DNA of 64,000 nucleotides from a virus, in the IMG/VR virus record IMGVR_UViG_3300045988_135716, positions 64,001 to 128,000 of that record; one strand, 5' to 3'. Position 1 is the stretch's first letter; every line of letters starts with the position of its first letter. The notes beneath the pieces are model-generated. The model was not told the origin of the DNA. It did not search any database and saw only the letters and a list, made by a program, of their open reading frames with translations. The position numbers and the translations under genes are program-made. This document shows, piece by piece, positions 26,439 to 35,297 of the stretch.

Positions 26439-26702
26439 GTGGATCGAAGAAATAGAAAGTATTATTTAGTGGAATTATCATATTGTCATAATGCATGTGT
26501 GAAAAAATTAAAAGAAATTAGAACTGTAAAAATTTCAAATCCTTATGATTTTGATAAAGATAAGGAATATGGATATGCAAATTGTTTAATTGGATTCTCC
26601 AATGATGTAGAAAATTCTGTTCTTACAGTTTTAAATTCAAAATGGGAATATGGTTATAAAGCAGAATATAAAGAAATTACTAAAGAAATGATTGGACATT
26701 AG
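26439..26702 (+). CDS. hypothetical protein
   Basis: GTG start 6 nt after AGGTGAG. Confidence 0.6.
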   Translation: MDRRNRKYYLVELSYCHNACVKKLKEIRTVKISNPYDFDKDKEYGYANCLIGFSNDVENSVLTVLNSKWEYGYKAEYKEITKEMIGH

Positions 26703-26720
26703 GAAAGGTATAAATAAAAA

Positions 26721-27224
26721 ATGGGAAAATCATTGAAATTTATAAAAGAGAGAATCCAATCAGGTGGAACAAACGGTATGGAAAATAATAAATATGACTG
26801 GATGGAAGAACAAACACCGTTTGAAGTTCTCAAAGAACCATTAAAATTAGTAATTAAAGATTCTATCTTATGTAACCAGACATTTGAATATAACATTCTA
26901 AATAAAGGTATATTTAATGTAAAACTTATTTATAATCCAGATGCCGAATATGATTATTTTACAATGCAACGTTGTTCATCTGATGGCACTTATGCACATC
27001 TTTATGAACTAATGGAAATATGTGTAGAAAACATCATTAATCTTAAAACTTATTTTAAGAATGTAACGCTTCCAAAAGATTTATCAGGGCATACTTTAAT
27101 TTATACTATAGGTAATTTTGTTTTAACTTCCGAAACGGATAAGGAAAAATTTAAAACAGAGGATAAGCCTTGGTTGGATTGTAGATTTACAGCAATGTTA
27201 CCTATTAAATTTGAGATTGAATAA
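26721..27224 (+). CDS. hypothetical protein
   Basis: 167 codons; tiles with neighbours. Confidence 0.65.
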   Translation: MGKSLKFIKERIQSGGTNGMENNKYDWMEEQTPFEVLKEPLKLVIKDSILCNQTFEYNILNKGIFNVKLIYNPDAEYDYFTMQRCSSDGTYAHLYELMEICVENIINLKTYFKNVTLPKDLSGHTLIYTIGNFVLTSETDKEKFKTEDKPWLDCRFTAMLPIKFEIE

Positions 27225-27264
27225 TATTTTAAATCGGACAGAAATTTAATTGGGAGTGATATCA

Positions 27265-27555
27265 ATGTGTAAAACAAGTACAAATATTAAACATAATCCA
27301 AAAACAAAAGTAACCGATATAGAACAGATTCTCGAGATTATAGATGATAGACCTTATTATTCATTAAAATATAAAAAAGTTGGAGAAGACTATTATCATA
27401 TAGGATATAGTTCATATGATTTCCATAATGTTCTTCAATGGGAGCAAGAATGTTTTGAGCTGGCTAATTGTATTGAATGTAAGTATGAACAGAAAAATGT
27501 TGTAGGGAGAAAGTGTCAAGCGTGTATAGGTAAAAATATGTTTGAGAAAATATGA
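27265..27555 (+). CDS. hypothetical Cys-rich protein
   Basis: The ORF opens at 27250 (TTG); ATG 27265 follows GGGAGTGA. Confidence 0.6.
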   Translation: MCKTSTNIKHNPKTKVTDIEQILEIIDDRPYYSLKYKKVGEDYYHIGYSSYDFHNVLQWEQECFELANCIECKYEQKNVVGRKCQACIGKNMFEKI

Positions 27556-27565
27556 GGAATAGAAA

Positions 27566-27751
27566 ATGATTAGTTTAGCAGGAAGTAGATTTAGAGTAGA
27601 GTATGATTTTGATAACGATGAATATAAAGTATTCACTAGGGATCATAGTGGACAAAAAGAAGTCACGGAATCTTTGAGTGCAGAGGACAAGGAAGAACTA
27701 ATAGATGATTTAATTTATGCTATTACAAAACTGGTCACAAAGGAAGCCTGA
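27566..27751 (+). CDS. hypothetical protein
   Basis: GAGGAA SD; 61 codons. Confidence 0.6.
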   Translation: MISLAGSRFRVEYDFDNDEYKVFTRDHSGQKEVTESLSAEDKEELIDDLIYAITKLVTKEA

Positions 27752-27764
27752 AACGGCAGTTTCA
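27749..27764 (+). repeat. Dispersed palindrome family member (TGAAAC-GGCA-GTTTCA)
   Basis: Perfect palindrome at the head of the 27.8-34.2 kb operon. Confidence 0.6.
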
Positions 27765-27820
27765 TTTGGAGAAATAAAGCACATAACAATAAATAATATA
27801 TAAAATAGGAGGAATAAAGA

Positions 27821-28429
27821 ATGATGAACAATTTTTTAAACGGGATGTTTGGGAAAATTGGAAGTGGAATGTGTAGGCTTTCAATGAATGGAGGAATTGC
27901 AGTAAAAACATCAAACGGTTACAAAAGCTACAATGTTAAAACAGGTAAACTTACTAATTGTAGCAATTTTGTGTTTGATATTGGAGAAGAATTTTTCTTT
28001 GTAATTCCAACAAATAAAGTAGAAAAAGGTGATATTATTTTAGTTAATAATAAACCAAAATGTGTCATTGAATCTGATAAAACTAAAATTACTGTAATCA
28101 ATTATGAAGATTCAACAGTAGAAACTATTTTACCTGAGAGACATGTATTTATGGGTAATACATATTTTTATGGGAAAATTGTTTCAATGTTTGGATGTGA
28201 TATTTTAAAAGGAAAGAAAGGCACAAACAATATTTTTAAATATATGATGCTTTCACAAATGATGAAAGGTGAAAACAATTCTTCTGGAATGCTAAATGGA
28301 AATAGTGGAGGAATGAGTGCTATGTTACCATTTATGATGATGGGTGGAAATATGGGAGAAATGTTTGATGGAATGTTTGATTTTGATACAGACAATGATA
28401 CAAATGTAGAAGAAGAGGAGGAAGCATAA
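27821..28429 (+). CDS. hypothetical protein with Gly/Met-rich then acidic C-terminal tail
   Basis: TAGGAGGA SD; C-terminal ..NSGGMSAMLPFMMMGGNMGEMFDGMFDFDTDNDTNVEEEEEA. Confidence 0.7.
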   Translation: MMNNFLNGMFGKIGSGMCRLSMNGGIAVKTSNGYKSYNVKTGKLTNCSNFVFDIGEEFFFVIPTNKVEKGDIILVNNKPKCVIESDKTKITVINYEDSTVETILPERHVFMGNTYFYGKIVSMFGCDILKGKKGTNNIFKYMMLSQMMKGENNSSGMLNGNSGGMSAMLPFMMMGGNMGEMFDGMFDFDTDNDTNVEEEEEA

Positions 28430-28430
28430 T

Positions 28431-29309
28431 ATGGGATGTGGATCATGGACAAGAGCTAGTTATACAAGTTATTCAAAATCAGTAGGAAGAAGTGTTTCAA
28501 AAGATGGAACAATTAGTGGTTCTTATTCTAATCAGGATATGTTCAAAGCTACAAATATTGATCCTGCACTGAATCCCAAAAATGTAATCAGAGAATGTTG
28601 CGACACAGAAGAACATCCAAATACAGTTCCAGTTATTTTAGCATTAGATGTTACTGGATCTATGGGACAAGCTGCCGTTGAAGTAGCAAAGAAACTCAAT
28701 GTAATTATGACTAAATTATATGAGAAAGTAACAGATGTTGAATTTCTCATTATGGGGATTGGAGATTTAGCATGTGACTTTTATCCTATTCAAGCTTCTC
28801 AGTTTGAATCAGATATTCGTATTGCTGAACAGCTTGATAAAATTTATTTTGAATTTGGTGGTGGTGGAAATAATTACGAGTCTTATACCGCAGCATGGTA
28901 TTTTGGTTCTCGTCATACAAAGCTTGATTGTTTAAATCGTGGAAGAAAAGGAATTATCATCACTATGGGAGATGAACAGCTTAATCCATATCTTCCGTTA
29001 AGAGGTCGTTATAGCGGATTGATTGAAGCAACAGGGGATAATCTTCAAGATGATGTAGAAACAAAAGATTTATATAATGAAGTTTCTAAAAAATTTAATA
29101 TTTATCATTTAGATGTAAATCATGGTCGTAGATGGGACGAAGATGAGATTGAAACATCTTATAGAAAATATCTTGACGATGTTCATTTTAGAAAAGTGAC
29201 TATGGATAGTATTACGAATGAAATTGTAGACATTATCATTAATGAAGCAGAAAATAATGTAGTAAATTCAGTTACAAAATCTTCTGGTTCAGAAGAAATT
29301 ACATGGTAG
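28431..29309 (+). CDS. von Willebrand factor A (vWA) domain protein
   Basis: MIDAS-type DxSxS motif in VPVILALDVTGSMGQAAVEVAKKL; the start lies 2 nt after the upstream stop. Confidence 0.7.
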   Translation: MGCGSWTRASYTSYSKSVGRSVSKDGTISGSYSNQDMFKATNIDPALNPKNVIRECCDTEEHPNTVPVILALDVTGSMGQAAVEVAKKLNVIMTKLYEKVTDVEFLIMGIGDLACDFYPIQASQFESDIRIAEQLDKIYFEFGGGGNNYESYTAAWYFGSRHTKLDCLNRGRKGIIITMGDEQLNPYLPLRGRYSGLIEATGDNLQDDVETKDLYNEVSKKFNIYHLDVNHGRRWDEDEIETSYRKYLDDVHFRKVTMDSITNEIVDIIINEAENNVVNSVTKSSGSEEITW

Positions 29310-29326
29310 AATAGGAGAATTAAAAG

Positions 29327-30427
29327 ATGAAAGACATTAAGATTGTAATTGGAGCAAATTTTGGGGATGAAGGAAAGGGCTTGATGACAGATTATTTTTC
29401 GCAAAAATCCAATAGCATTGTTGTGTGTTCAAATGGTGGAGCGCAAAGAGGACATACTGTAACAACGCCAACTGCAATTAGACATGTCTTTCATCATTTT
29501 GGATCAGGTACATTTAATAACGCAAGTACATATTTATCTGAGGATTTTATTCTTAATCCAATTATTTTTAAACAAGAATATGATGAGTTAGTAAAACTTA
29601 ATCATAATCCAAATGTATATATTAATCAAAATTGCATGATAACAACTCCATTTGATATGATAGCTAATCAAATCGTTGAGGAAAGCCGTGGTAAAAATAA
29701 ACATGGTAGTTGTGGATTAGGGGTTTTTGAGACAATTAAAAGATATAGAGCTGGTGTAACTGATTTAGATTACAATATTAAAGAATACTATTTGGAACAA
29801 CTTAAAAAGGAGGACATTGAATTATCAGGCGAATGGTTGAAAATCTTTTTTGATAATGGTATATTTGAACATTTCTTAGAAGACTTGGATTTTATGAATA
29901 GCCATTCATTGTGTATTTCAGATGAATATTTCTTAAATCAGTATGACAATATTATTTTTGAAGCAGCACAAGGGCTTTTACTTGATCAAAATAATATTGA
30001 TTATTTTCCACATCTTACCCCATCTAACACTGGAATTAAAAATCCCAAGAAAATAATTGAAAATATTGAATGGAATGATGATATAAATATTGAAACTTGT
30101 TATGCATCTCGTACTTATTTAACAAGACATGGCGCAGGGAAATTTCCATCAGAATGCAATAAAAATTTTATTAACGAATATATGTATGATAAAACAAATG
30201 TTCCAAATCCTTTTCAAGATAGATTAAGATATGGATATCTTAATCTAAGAGAACTATATAATAGATGTTCTGATGATATTGGAGATTTTGGAAACACAAA
30301 ATCAATTGCAATTACCCATTGTAACGAATATGACAAATGGGATAATGATTTGCTTATAAATTTATTTAATGATTGGAATATTTATTATTCTGATGGAGAA
30401 ACCCGAAATGATGTAGATTTAAGATAA
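29327..30427 (+). CDS. Short adenylosuccinate synthetase-family enzyme (PurA/PurZ-like)
   Basis: Collinear with PurA motifs: GDEGKG, GGAQRGHT (compare GGHNAGHT), HHFGSG, GSCGLGV, FEAAQGLLLD (compare FEGAQGTLLD), TPSNTG, TRHGAGKFPSE. At 366 aa it is shorter than bacterial PurA, as in archaeal PurA and phage PurZ. Confidence 0.8.
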   Translation: MKDIKIVIGANFGDEGKGLMTDYFSQKSNSIVVCSNGGAQRGHTVTTPTAIRHVFHHFGSGTFNNASTYLSEDFILNPIIFKQEYDELVKLNHNPNVYINQNCMITTPFDMIANQIVEESRGKNKHGSCGLGVFETIKRYRAGVTDLDYNIKEYYLEQLKKEDIELSGEWLKIFFDNGIFEHFLEDLDFMNSHSLCISDEYFLNQYDNIIFEAAQGLLLDQNNIDYFPHLTPSNTGIKNPKKIIENIEWNDDINIETCYASRTYLTRHGAGKFPSECNKNFINEYMYDKTNVPNPFQDRLRYGYLNLRELYNRCSDDIGDFGNTKSIAITHCNEYDKWDNDLLINLFNDWNIYYSDGETRNDVDLR

Positions 30428-30456
30428 ATAAAATGTTGTTTTCAAAGGAGGATAAG

Positions 30457-31041
30457 ATGAAAAGACAGATAAGAAAATTAGTTTTTGAGACAAATTCATC
30501 AAGCACACACGCTATTTGCATTACAAAAAAGAAAGATAATTATAAACTTCCAAATCATATTGATTTTGAATTTGGTGAGTTTGGGTGGGAATATGGTGAA
30601 TATAGTGATACACGTAATAAAGCATCATATTTAATTACTGCAATTTTTAGTTTTAGCAAAAGTGAAGCAGATGAAAACCTTACACGATTAAAAAATATTT
30701 TGGATTCTCATAATATTACATATTCAATTCCAGAACCAAAAGTTGAATTAGATAGGTGGAGAGGAAAAGAATATTATTATTATGATATTGGTGATAATTA
30801 CATTGACCACGTAAGAGAAACGCAAGACTTTGTAGATGCGGTTTTATCAGATTCAGAAAAGTTATTTAGATATTTATTCGGAGATTCTTTTATTATTACT
30901 GGTAATGACAATGACGATAGCTACAGGGATAGAATGTGTATCTATGAAGGTGAAGAAGAAACAGATTATGGATGCTATCCGATTTACGGAGATTTAAAAC
31001 CTGAATTTAATGATTATGAAATTTATGAGAAAGGAAATTAA
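30457..31041 (+). CDS. hypothetical protein, ETNSSS-motif family (paralogue 1)
   Basis: AAAGGAGG SD. The N-terminus MKRQIRKLVFETNSSSTHAI is almost identical to that of the next gene. Confidence 0.7.
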   Translation: MKRQIRKLVFETNSSSTHAICITKKKDNYKLPNHIDFEFGEFGWEYGEYSDTRNKASYLITAIFSFSKSEADENLTRLKNILDSHNITYSIPEPKVELDRWRGKEYYYYDIGDNYIDHVRETQDFVDAVLSDSEKLFRYLFGDSFIITGNDNDDSYRDRMCIYEGEEETDYGCYPIYGDLKPEFNDYEIYEKGN

Positions 31042-31044
31042 ATT

Positions 31045-31341
31045 ATGAAGAGACAAATTAGACGAGGTGTATTTGAAACTAATTCATCAAGCGTACATAG
31101 CTTAACAATGTGTACACAATCAGATTATGATAGATGGAAAAATGGAGAACTTATTTATGATTATTGGGATGGTAAGTTAATTTCAACTGACGAATTAGAT
31201 GATGATTATGAAGAAGGAAGATATTATACATATGAGAATTTTAATGATTATGAACAATTTGATTTTGAAACATATGAATATGACTTTACGACAGAAAATG
31301 GTGATACGGTAGTTGCATTTGGATATTACGGTCACGATTGA
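31045..31341 (+). CDS. hypothetical protein, ETNSSS-motif family (paralogue 2, short)
   Basis: N-terminus MKRQIRRGVFETNSSSVHSL; acidic/aromatic C-terminal part. Confidence 0.7.
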   Translation: MKRQIRRGVFETNSSSVHSLTMCTQSDYDRWKNGELIYDYWDGKLISTDELDDDYEEGRYYTYENFNDYEQFDFETYEYDFTTENGDTVVAFGYYGHD

Positions 31342-31356
31342 TTAGGAGGATTAAGA

Positions 31357-32247
31357 ATGGGATTATTAGGAAGATATAAAAACGGTAACTTTGTGACAAC
31401 TATTTTAAGTGACGGAACAAAAATTAGAGAAACAGAAGATGATGAATTTATTCCTTCATTTGCTGAAAATATGGATATAAAAATTTGCAACTATTGTGAT
31501 ATGGGATGTAAATTTTGTCATGAGGGTAGCACAATAAATGGCAAGTTTGGTAATATTTTAAATGAAAAATTTGTTGATACTTTACATCCATATCAAGAAG
31601 TTGCGATTGGCGGTGGTGATGCAACCAGTCATCCTGATTTAATTCCATTCTTACAAAAACTAAAAGAACGAAAAGTTATTGCAAATATGACTGTTAATCA
31701 GATCCATTTTGAAAAGAAGCATGAATTAATAAAGAGATTAGTCAATGAGAAATTAATCTATGGTCTTGGCGTTTCGTTAGTAAATCCCACAAAACATTTT
31801 ATTGAACTTATAAAACAATATCCAAATGCAGTTATTCATGTAATTAATGGTGTATTAAAACCATCTGATATAAAAGCATTAGAGAATAATAATTTAAAGA
31901 TGTTAATTCTTGGGTATAAACATTTGCGTAGAGGTAATGAGTATTTTGAAGAAGAACAGAATGATATTGAGACTAAGCAGCAATGGTTATATGAAAATCT
32001 TGAAGATATTATTCAGAAATTTAAAGTTGTAAGTTTCGATAATCTTGCCATTGAACAGTTGAATGTAAAAAGATTATTAACACAGGAAGAATGGGATGAG
32101 TTTTATATGGGTGATGACGGAAAAGTTACATATTATGTTGATATGGTAGAGCGTAAATTTGCTCAGAGTTCAACTGCTCCATTTGATAAAAGATACGATT
32201 TACTTGATTCAGTAGACGATATGTTTCATGTTATTACAAATTTATAG
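31357..32247 (+). CDS. radical SAM enzyme
   Basis: CX3CX2C cluster in ICNYCDMGCKFCHEG and a GGE-like IGGGDATSHPD segment; TAGGAGGA SD. Confidence 0.75.
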   Translation: MGLLGRYKNGNFVTTILSDGTKIRETEDDEFIPSFAENMDIKICNYCDMGCKFCHEGSTINGKFGNILNEKFVDTLHPYQEVAIGGGDATSHPDLIPFLQKLKERKVIANMTVNQIHFEKKHELIKRLVNEKLIYGLGVSLVNPTKHFIELIKQYPNAVIHVINGVLKPSDIKALENNNLKMLILGYKHLRRGNEYFEEEQNDIETKQQWLYENLEDIIQKFKVVSFDNLAIEQLNVKRLLTQEEWDEFYMGDDGKVTYYVDMVERKFAQSSTAPFDKRYDLLDSVDDMFHVITNL

Positions 32248-32257
32248 AGGATATGAT

Positions 32258-32485
32258 ATGACAGAACAAGAAATGATTGAATATTTAAAATCAACAGGAC
32301 TATACGAAGAACATGAAGATTTCTTTTATGAAAAAGAAATGCTAAATACAAATAAAACTGTTCCAATTAGTGATCTTGTTGAAAGATTTATTGGAATTGA
32401 TAAAGAATTTGAAGGAAGACCTTGGAATATCTTACAAATTCTTACAAATATTAATATGATTATTCCTGTAGAGGATAGAAAATAA
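32258..32485 (+). CDS. hypothetical protein
   Basis: The ORF opens at 32228; ATG 32258 follows an AGAGGA SD. Confidence 0.6.
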   Translation: MTEQEMIEYLKSTGLYEEHEDFFYEKEMLNTNKTVPISDLVERFIGIDKEFEGRPWNILQILTNINMIIPVEDRK

Positions 32486-32498
32486 TAGAGGAATTAAA

Positions 32499-32747
32499 AT
32501 GAACAGATTTTTTGGAATGATGCCACGTAATGAAATTGATAAAGAAGAAACATTGATTGATGAAAATAATTATAAAGTAACAATTCAAGCTGGATGCAAT
32601 GGATATACGATTATATATGCAGATGGAAGTTCTATGTATGAAGATATTACTTGTTCTACAGAAGAGAATTTTAACAAGGCATTCAGATTAGCTGAAAGTA
32701 GTGTTGGAAAACTAACTAGGACTGGACAAGTAAGTGAGGAACGTTAA
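32499..32747 (+). CDS. hypothetical protein
   Basis: AGAGGAA SD; 82 codons. Confidence 0.65.
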   Translation: MNRFFGMMPRNEIDKEETLIDENNYKVTIQAGCNGYTIIYADGSSMYEDITCSTEENFNKAFRLAESSVGKLTRTGQVSEER

Positions 32748-32748
32748 A

Positions 32749-32994
32749 TTGATTGAACTACATAAAGTAGAACAACGATTGAAAGAAATAGAAAAGAAGT
32801 TTGGTAAAGATGACTTATTTGGGTATATTGATGGATATGATTTCTCACTTATTATGCAAGATTTATTAATTCCAGATGGAGATTATGTCGTTGATACAGG
32901 TAACTGGGAGAATGTAAATTATTTCTGTGCATATGGATTGATTAAGAGAATAAAGAAACATCCGTTAATATGGAGATTATTTTTTATAATCTAG
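32749..32994 (+). CDS. hypothetical protein
   Basis: TTG 32749 lies 8 nt after GAGGA; the track ORF opens at 32734. Confidence 0.55.
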   Translation: MIELHKVEQRLKEIEKKFGKDDLFGYIDGYDFSLIMQDLLIPDGDYVVDTGNWENVNYFCAYGLIKRIKKHPLIWRLFFII

Positions 32995-33033
32995 TGATGA
33001 ATTGTTGTTTCATTTGAAAGAAAGGAGAATTTT

Positions 33034-33891
33034 ATGCCAACAAGAGATGATCTAGGAACTAGAATGAAAACTTTTTATGAGGAAATTCCAAAAACAAAAC
33101 TTATGCGTCGCTGTCCAGTTACTATTAGAATTGATGGAAAAGCATTCCATACATTTACAAGAGGATTTCAAAAACCATTTGATGAAGTTTTAATTGAAGC
33201 TATGCAGAAAACAATGAAATATCTTTGTGAAAATATCCAAGGATGTGTATTGGGATATACTCAGTCTGATGAGATTACATTGATTCTGGTTGACTATAAG
33301 AAATTAAATTCTTCTGCATGGTTTGATTATGAAGTTCAGAAAATGTGCAGTATCGCAGCGAGTATGGCTACAATGGCGTTTAATAGATTTTTCATGTATG
33401 AATATGAAGAGTTTAATAGATGGGTTAATGAAGGAAATCCAACAGATGAAGATAGACGATTAAATGATATTTATTATGATGCGATGTGTAAAGGTGCAAT
33501 GTTTGATGCACGTTGTTTCAATATTCCAAAAGAAGAAGTAACAAATCTTATCTACTGGCGACAATTAGACGCTTCTCGTAATTCAATTCAGATGGTAGGT
33601 CAAGCCAATTTCTCTCATAAAGAACTACAAAATAAATCATGTAATCAAATTCAGGATATGTTAATGGAGCAAAAAGGTATCAATTGGAATGATTTACCGA
33701 CATATCAGAAAAGAGGGGCTTGTTGTATTAAAAATAGCCATATAGTTAGATGTTCATCAGATGGAACAGAACTTTGTATAATTAAAGATCCTGGAAAACC
33801 CACAAATGAATGGATTATTGATAAAAATATTCCTATTTTTAAAGGATGTAAGAGGGAATATATTGATAAGTTAATTAATGTAGGAGAATGA
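33034..33891 (+). CDS. Thg1-like protein (tRNA-His guanylyltransferase family, 3'-5' nucleotidyltransferase)
   Basis: The N-terminal half matches Thg1/TLP hallmarks: ..RMKTFYE...CPVTIRIDGKAFHTFTRGFQKPFDEVLIEAM...GYTQSDEITLIL, including the catalytic D of RIDG and the SDE carboxylates. Confidence 0.75.
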   Translation: MPTRDDLGTRMKTFYEEIPKTKLMRRCPVTIRIDGKAFHTFTRGFQKPFDEVLIEAMQKTMKYLCENIQGCVLGYTQSDEITLILVDYKKLNSSAWFDYEVQKMCSIAASMATMAFNRFFMYEYEEFNRWVNEGNPTDEDRRLNDIYYDAMCKGAMFDARCFNIPKEEVTNLIYWRQLDASRNSIQMVGQANFSHKELQNKSCNQIQDMLMEQKGINWNDLPTYQKRGACCIKNSHIVRCSSDGTELCIIKDPGKPTNEWIIDKNIPIFKGCKREYIDKLINVGE

Positions 33892-33917
33892 ATTGCGTCT
33901 TTCATGAGGTGAGAAAT

Positions 33918-34211
33918 ATGTTTGAATTAGAATTATTTGATAAAATTCCAATGTCTGTTTATAAATTAATTTATGAACAAACTTTTGAATCACAAAGAAT
34001 GCAAGATGAAGATGAATTATATTTTACACATGGAATATCTGATCCAAATAGTTGCGATTATCATATGATGGATTTTGAAACAACTGAAATTTTAGGTACA
34101 TTTATGGATTTACGTCCAGTATCTCCAAATCAATTAAAGAGGATATTAATTTTAGGCTATTTATTTAATATGGTTTTTGGTAGATATTATACGGATAAAA
34201 ATGAGGAATAA
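33918..34211 (+). CDS. hypothetical protein
   Basis: The ORF opens at 33888; ATG 33918 follows a GAGGTGAG SD. Confidence 0.6.
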   Translation: MFELELFDKIPMSVYKLIYEQTFESQRMQDEDELYFTHGISDPNSCDYHMMDFETTEILGTFMDLRPVSPNQLKRILILGYLFNMVFGRYYTDKNEE

Positions 34212-34214
34212 TAA

Positions 34215-34298
34215 ATGGATGAATTTACAGTAACCTTAGAATTGTTATTTATGGTGTTACTTAGTGGATGCGTATTAATTGGGAGGAATAAAGAATGA
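34215..34298 (+). CDS. small hydrophobic peptide (27 aa)
   Basis: MDEFTVTLELLFMVLLSGCVLIGRNKE; ATGA overlap with the next gene. Confidence 0.35.
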   Translation: MDEFTVTLELLFMVLLSGCVLIGRNKE

Positions 34299-34552
34299 GA
34301 TTGATTGATGCAGATAAAATAATTAATTCTCTTGGAAGTTCAGATGTAGATTTATACATATCTGGATTGATTGATGAACAGCCGACAGCTTTTGATGTGG
34401 ACAAGGTTGTGGAGCAGTTGAAACAGTTAAAAATGAGATACTTCTTAACAATTGCAAATACGGGAGATGCCGATAAAGATTGTGCTTATAAAAACATTGC
34501 AAATACAATTGATAGAGCCATTGATATTATAAAAGGTGGTAGAGTTGAATGA
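34295..34552 (+). CDS. hypothetical protein
   Basis: GGGAGGA SD; 85 codons. Confidence 0.7.
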   Translation: MRLIDADKIINSLGSSDVDLYISGLIDEQPTAFDVDKVVEQLKQLKMRYFLTIANTGDADKDCAYKNIANTIDRAIDIIKGGRVE

Positions 34553-34977
34553 GAGAAATTCTTTTCAGGGCAAAGCGGGTTGGAGACGATGAATGGGTTG
34601 AGGGATATTATCAGAAAAGACGTAACTTTTTAGGAAATGAAGAACATTTAATCTTCCATGTAGATAGTCATACGGTATGGGAATACACGGAAATTAATCC
34701 AGAAACCCTCTGCCAGTTCACGGGGCTTTATGACAGATATGAAAACAAAATTTGGGAGAACGATGTTTTAAAAACATGGTCTGATGAATATGCGCAAGTT
34801 AAATTCGGACTGTACAACACAGGTTTTGCTAGTGGTAATTGCAACCAAGGATTCTATGTTACATTTTCGGAAGATTCATATAACCGGCATGAACTAGGAT
34901 ATTGGTGTAAAAAAACTTATGTAAGAGGAAACATTTTCGATAATCCAGAATTATTACAGGAGGAAGCAGATGAGTAA
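34549..34977 (+). CDS. yopX: YopX-family phage protein
   Basis: MREILFRAKRVGDDEWVEGYY...LCQFTGLYDRYENKIWENDVL matches the YopX pattern (FRaw...QyTGlkDknGkeIyEGDi). Confidence 0.75.
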   Translation: MREILFRAKRVGDDEWVEGYYQKRRNFLGNEEHLIFHVDSHTVWEYTEINPETLCQFTGLYDRYENKIWENDVLKTWSDEYAQVKFGLYNTGFASGNCNQGFYVTFSEDSYNRHELGYWCKKTYVRGNIFDNPELLQEEADE

Positions 34978-34982
34978 ATCTA

Positions 34983-35261
34983 GTGATTGATACACCAGAA
35001 ACTTGTGTAGAATGTATATTTTGTCAAGAATACAGTACAAAAAGTAGAGAATATGCATATTGCTATGTGACCAATGGGGATAGCGAAAATGACATAAAAC
35101 TAATTGACTGTATATACGGATATCGTCAATCTAAACCCGATTGGTGTCCATTGATAGAATTACCTAAAAAGAAAAATTGGGGAGAAATATTTAATGGAAA
35201 TGTTAAAGGTTGGAATGATTGTTTGAGAGAAATTACAGGTAGTCAAAAAATTAACAGTTGA
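34983..35261 (+). CDS. Cys-rich hypothetical protein
   Basis: GTG start; CVECIFC...CYV...WCP motifs. Confidence 0.55.
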   Translation: MIDTPETCVECIFCQEYSTKSREYAYCYVTNGDSENDIKLIDCIYGYRQSKPDWCPLIELPKKKNWGEIFNGNVKGWNDCLREITGSQKINS

Positions 35262-35275
35262 AAGTTTACTTTCAA
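35256..35275 (+). repeat. Dispersed palindrome family member (GTTGAAAG-TTTA-CTTTCAAC)
   Basis: 8-bp perfect arms overlapping the stop codon of the upstream gene. Confidence 0.6.
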
Positions 35276-35297
35276 CTCATAAAATGGAGGGATTTAT

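Noticed and set aside
31357-32247. Assigning the radical SAM enzyme to viperin-like (pVip) or QueE families
   Set aside because: Only the generic CX3CX2C and GGE-like motifs are visible. The CNY.C resemblance to viperin is offset relative to the true Cys triad, and no 7-deazaguanine pathway genes are present.
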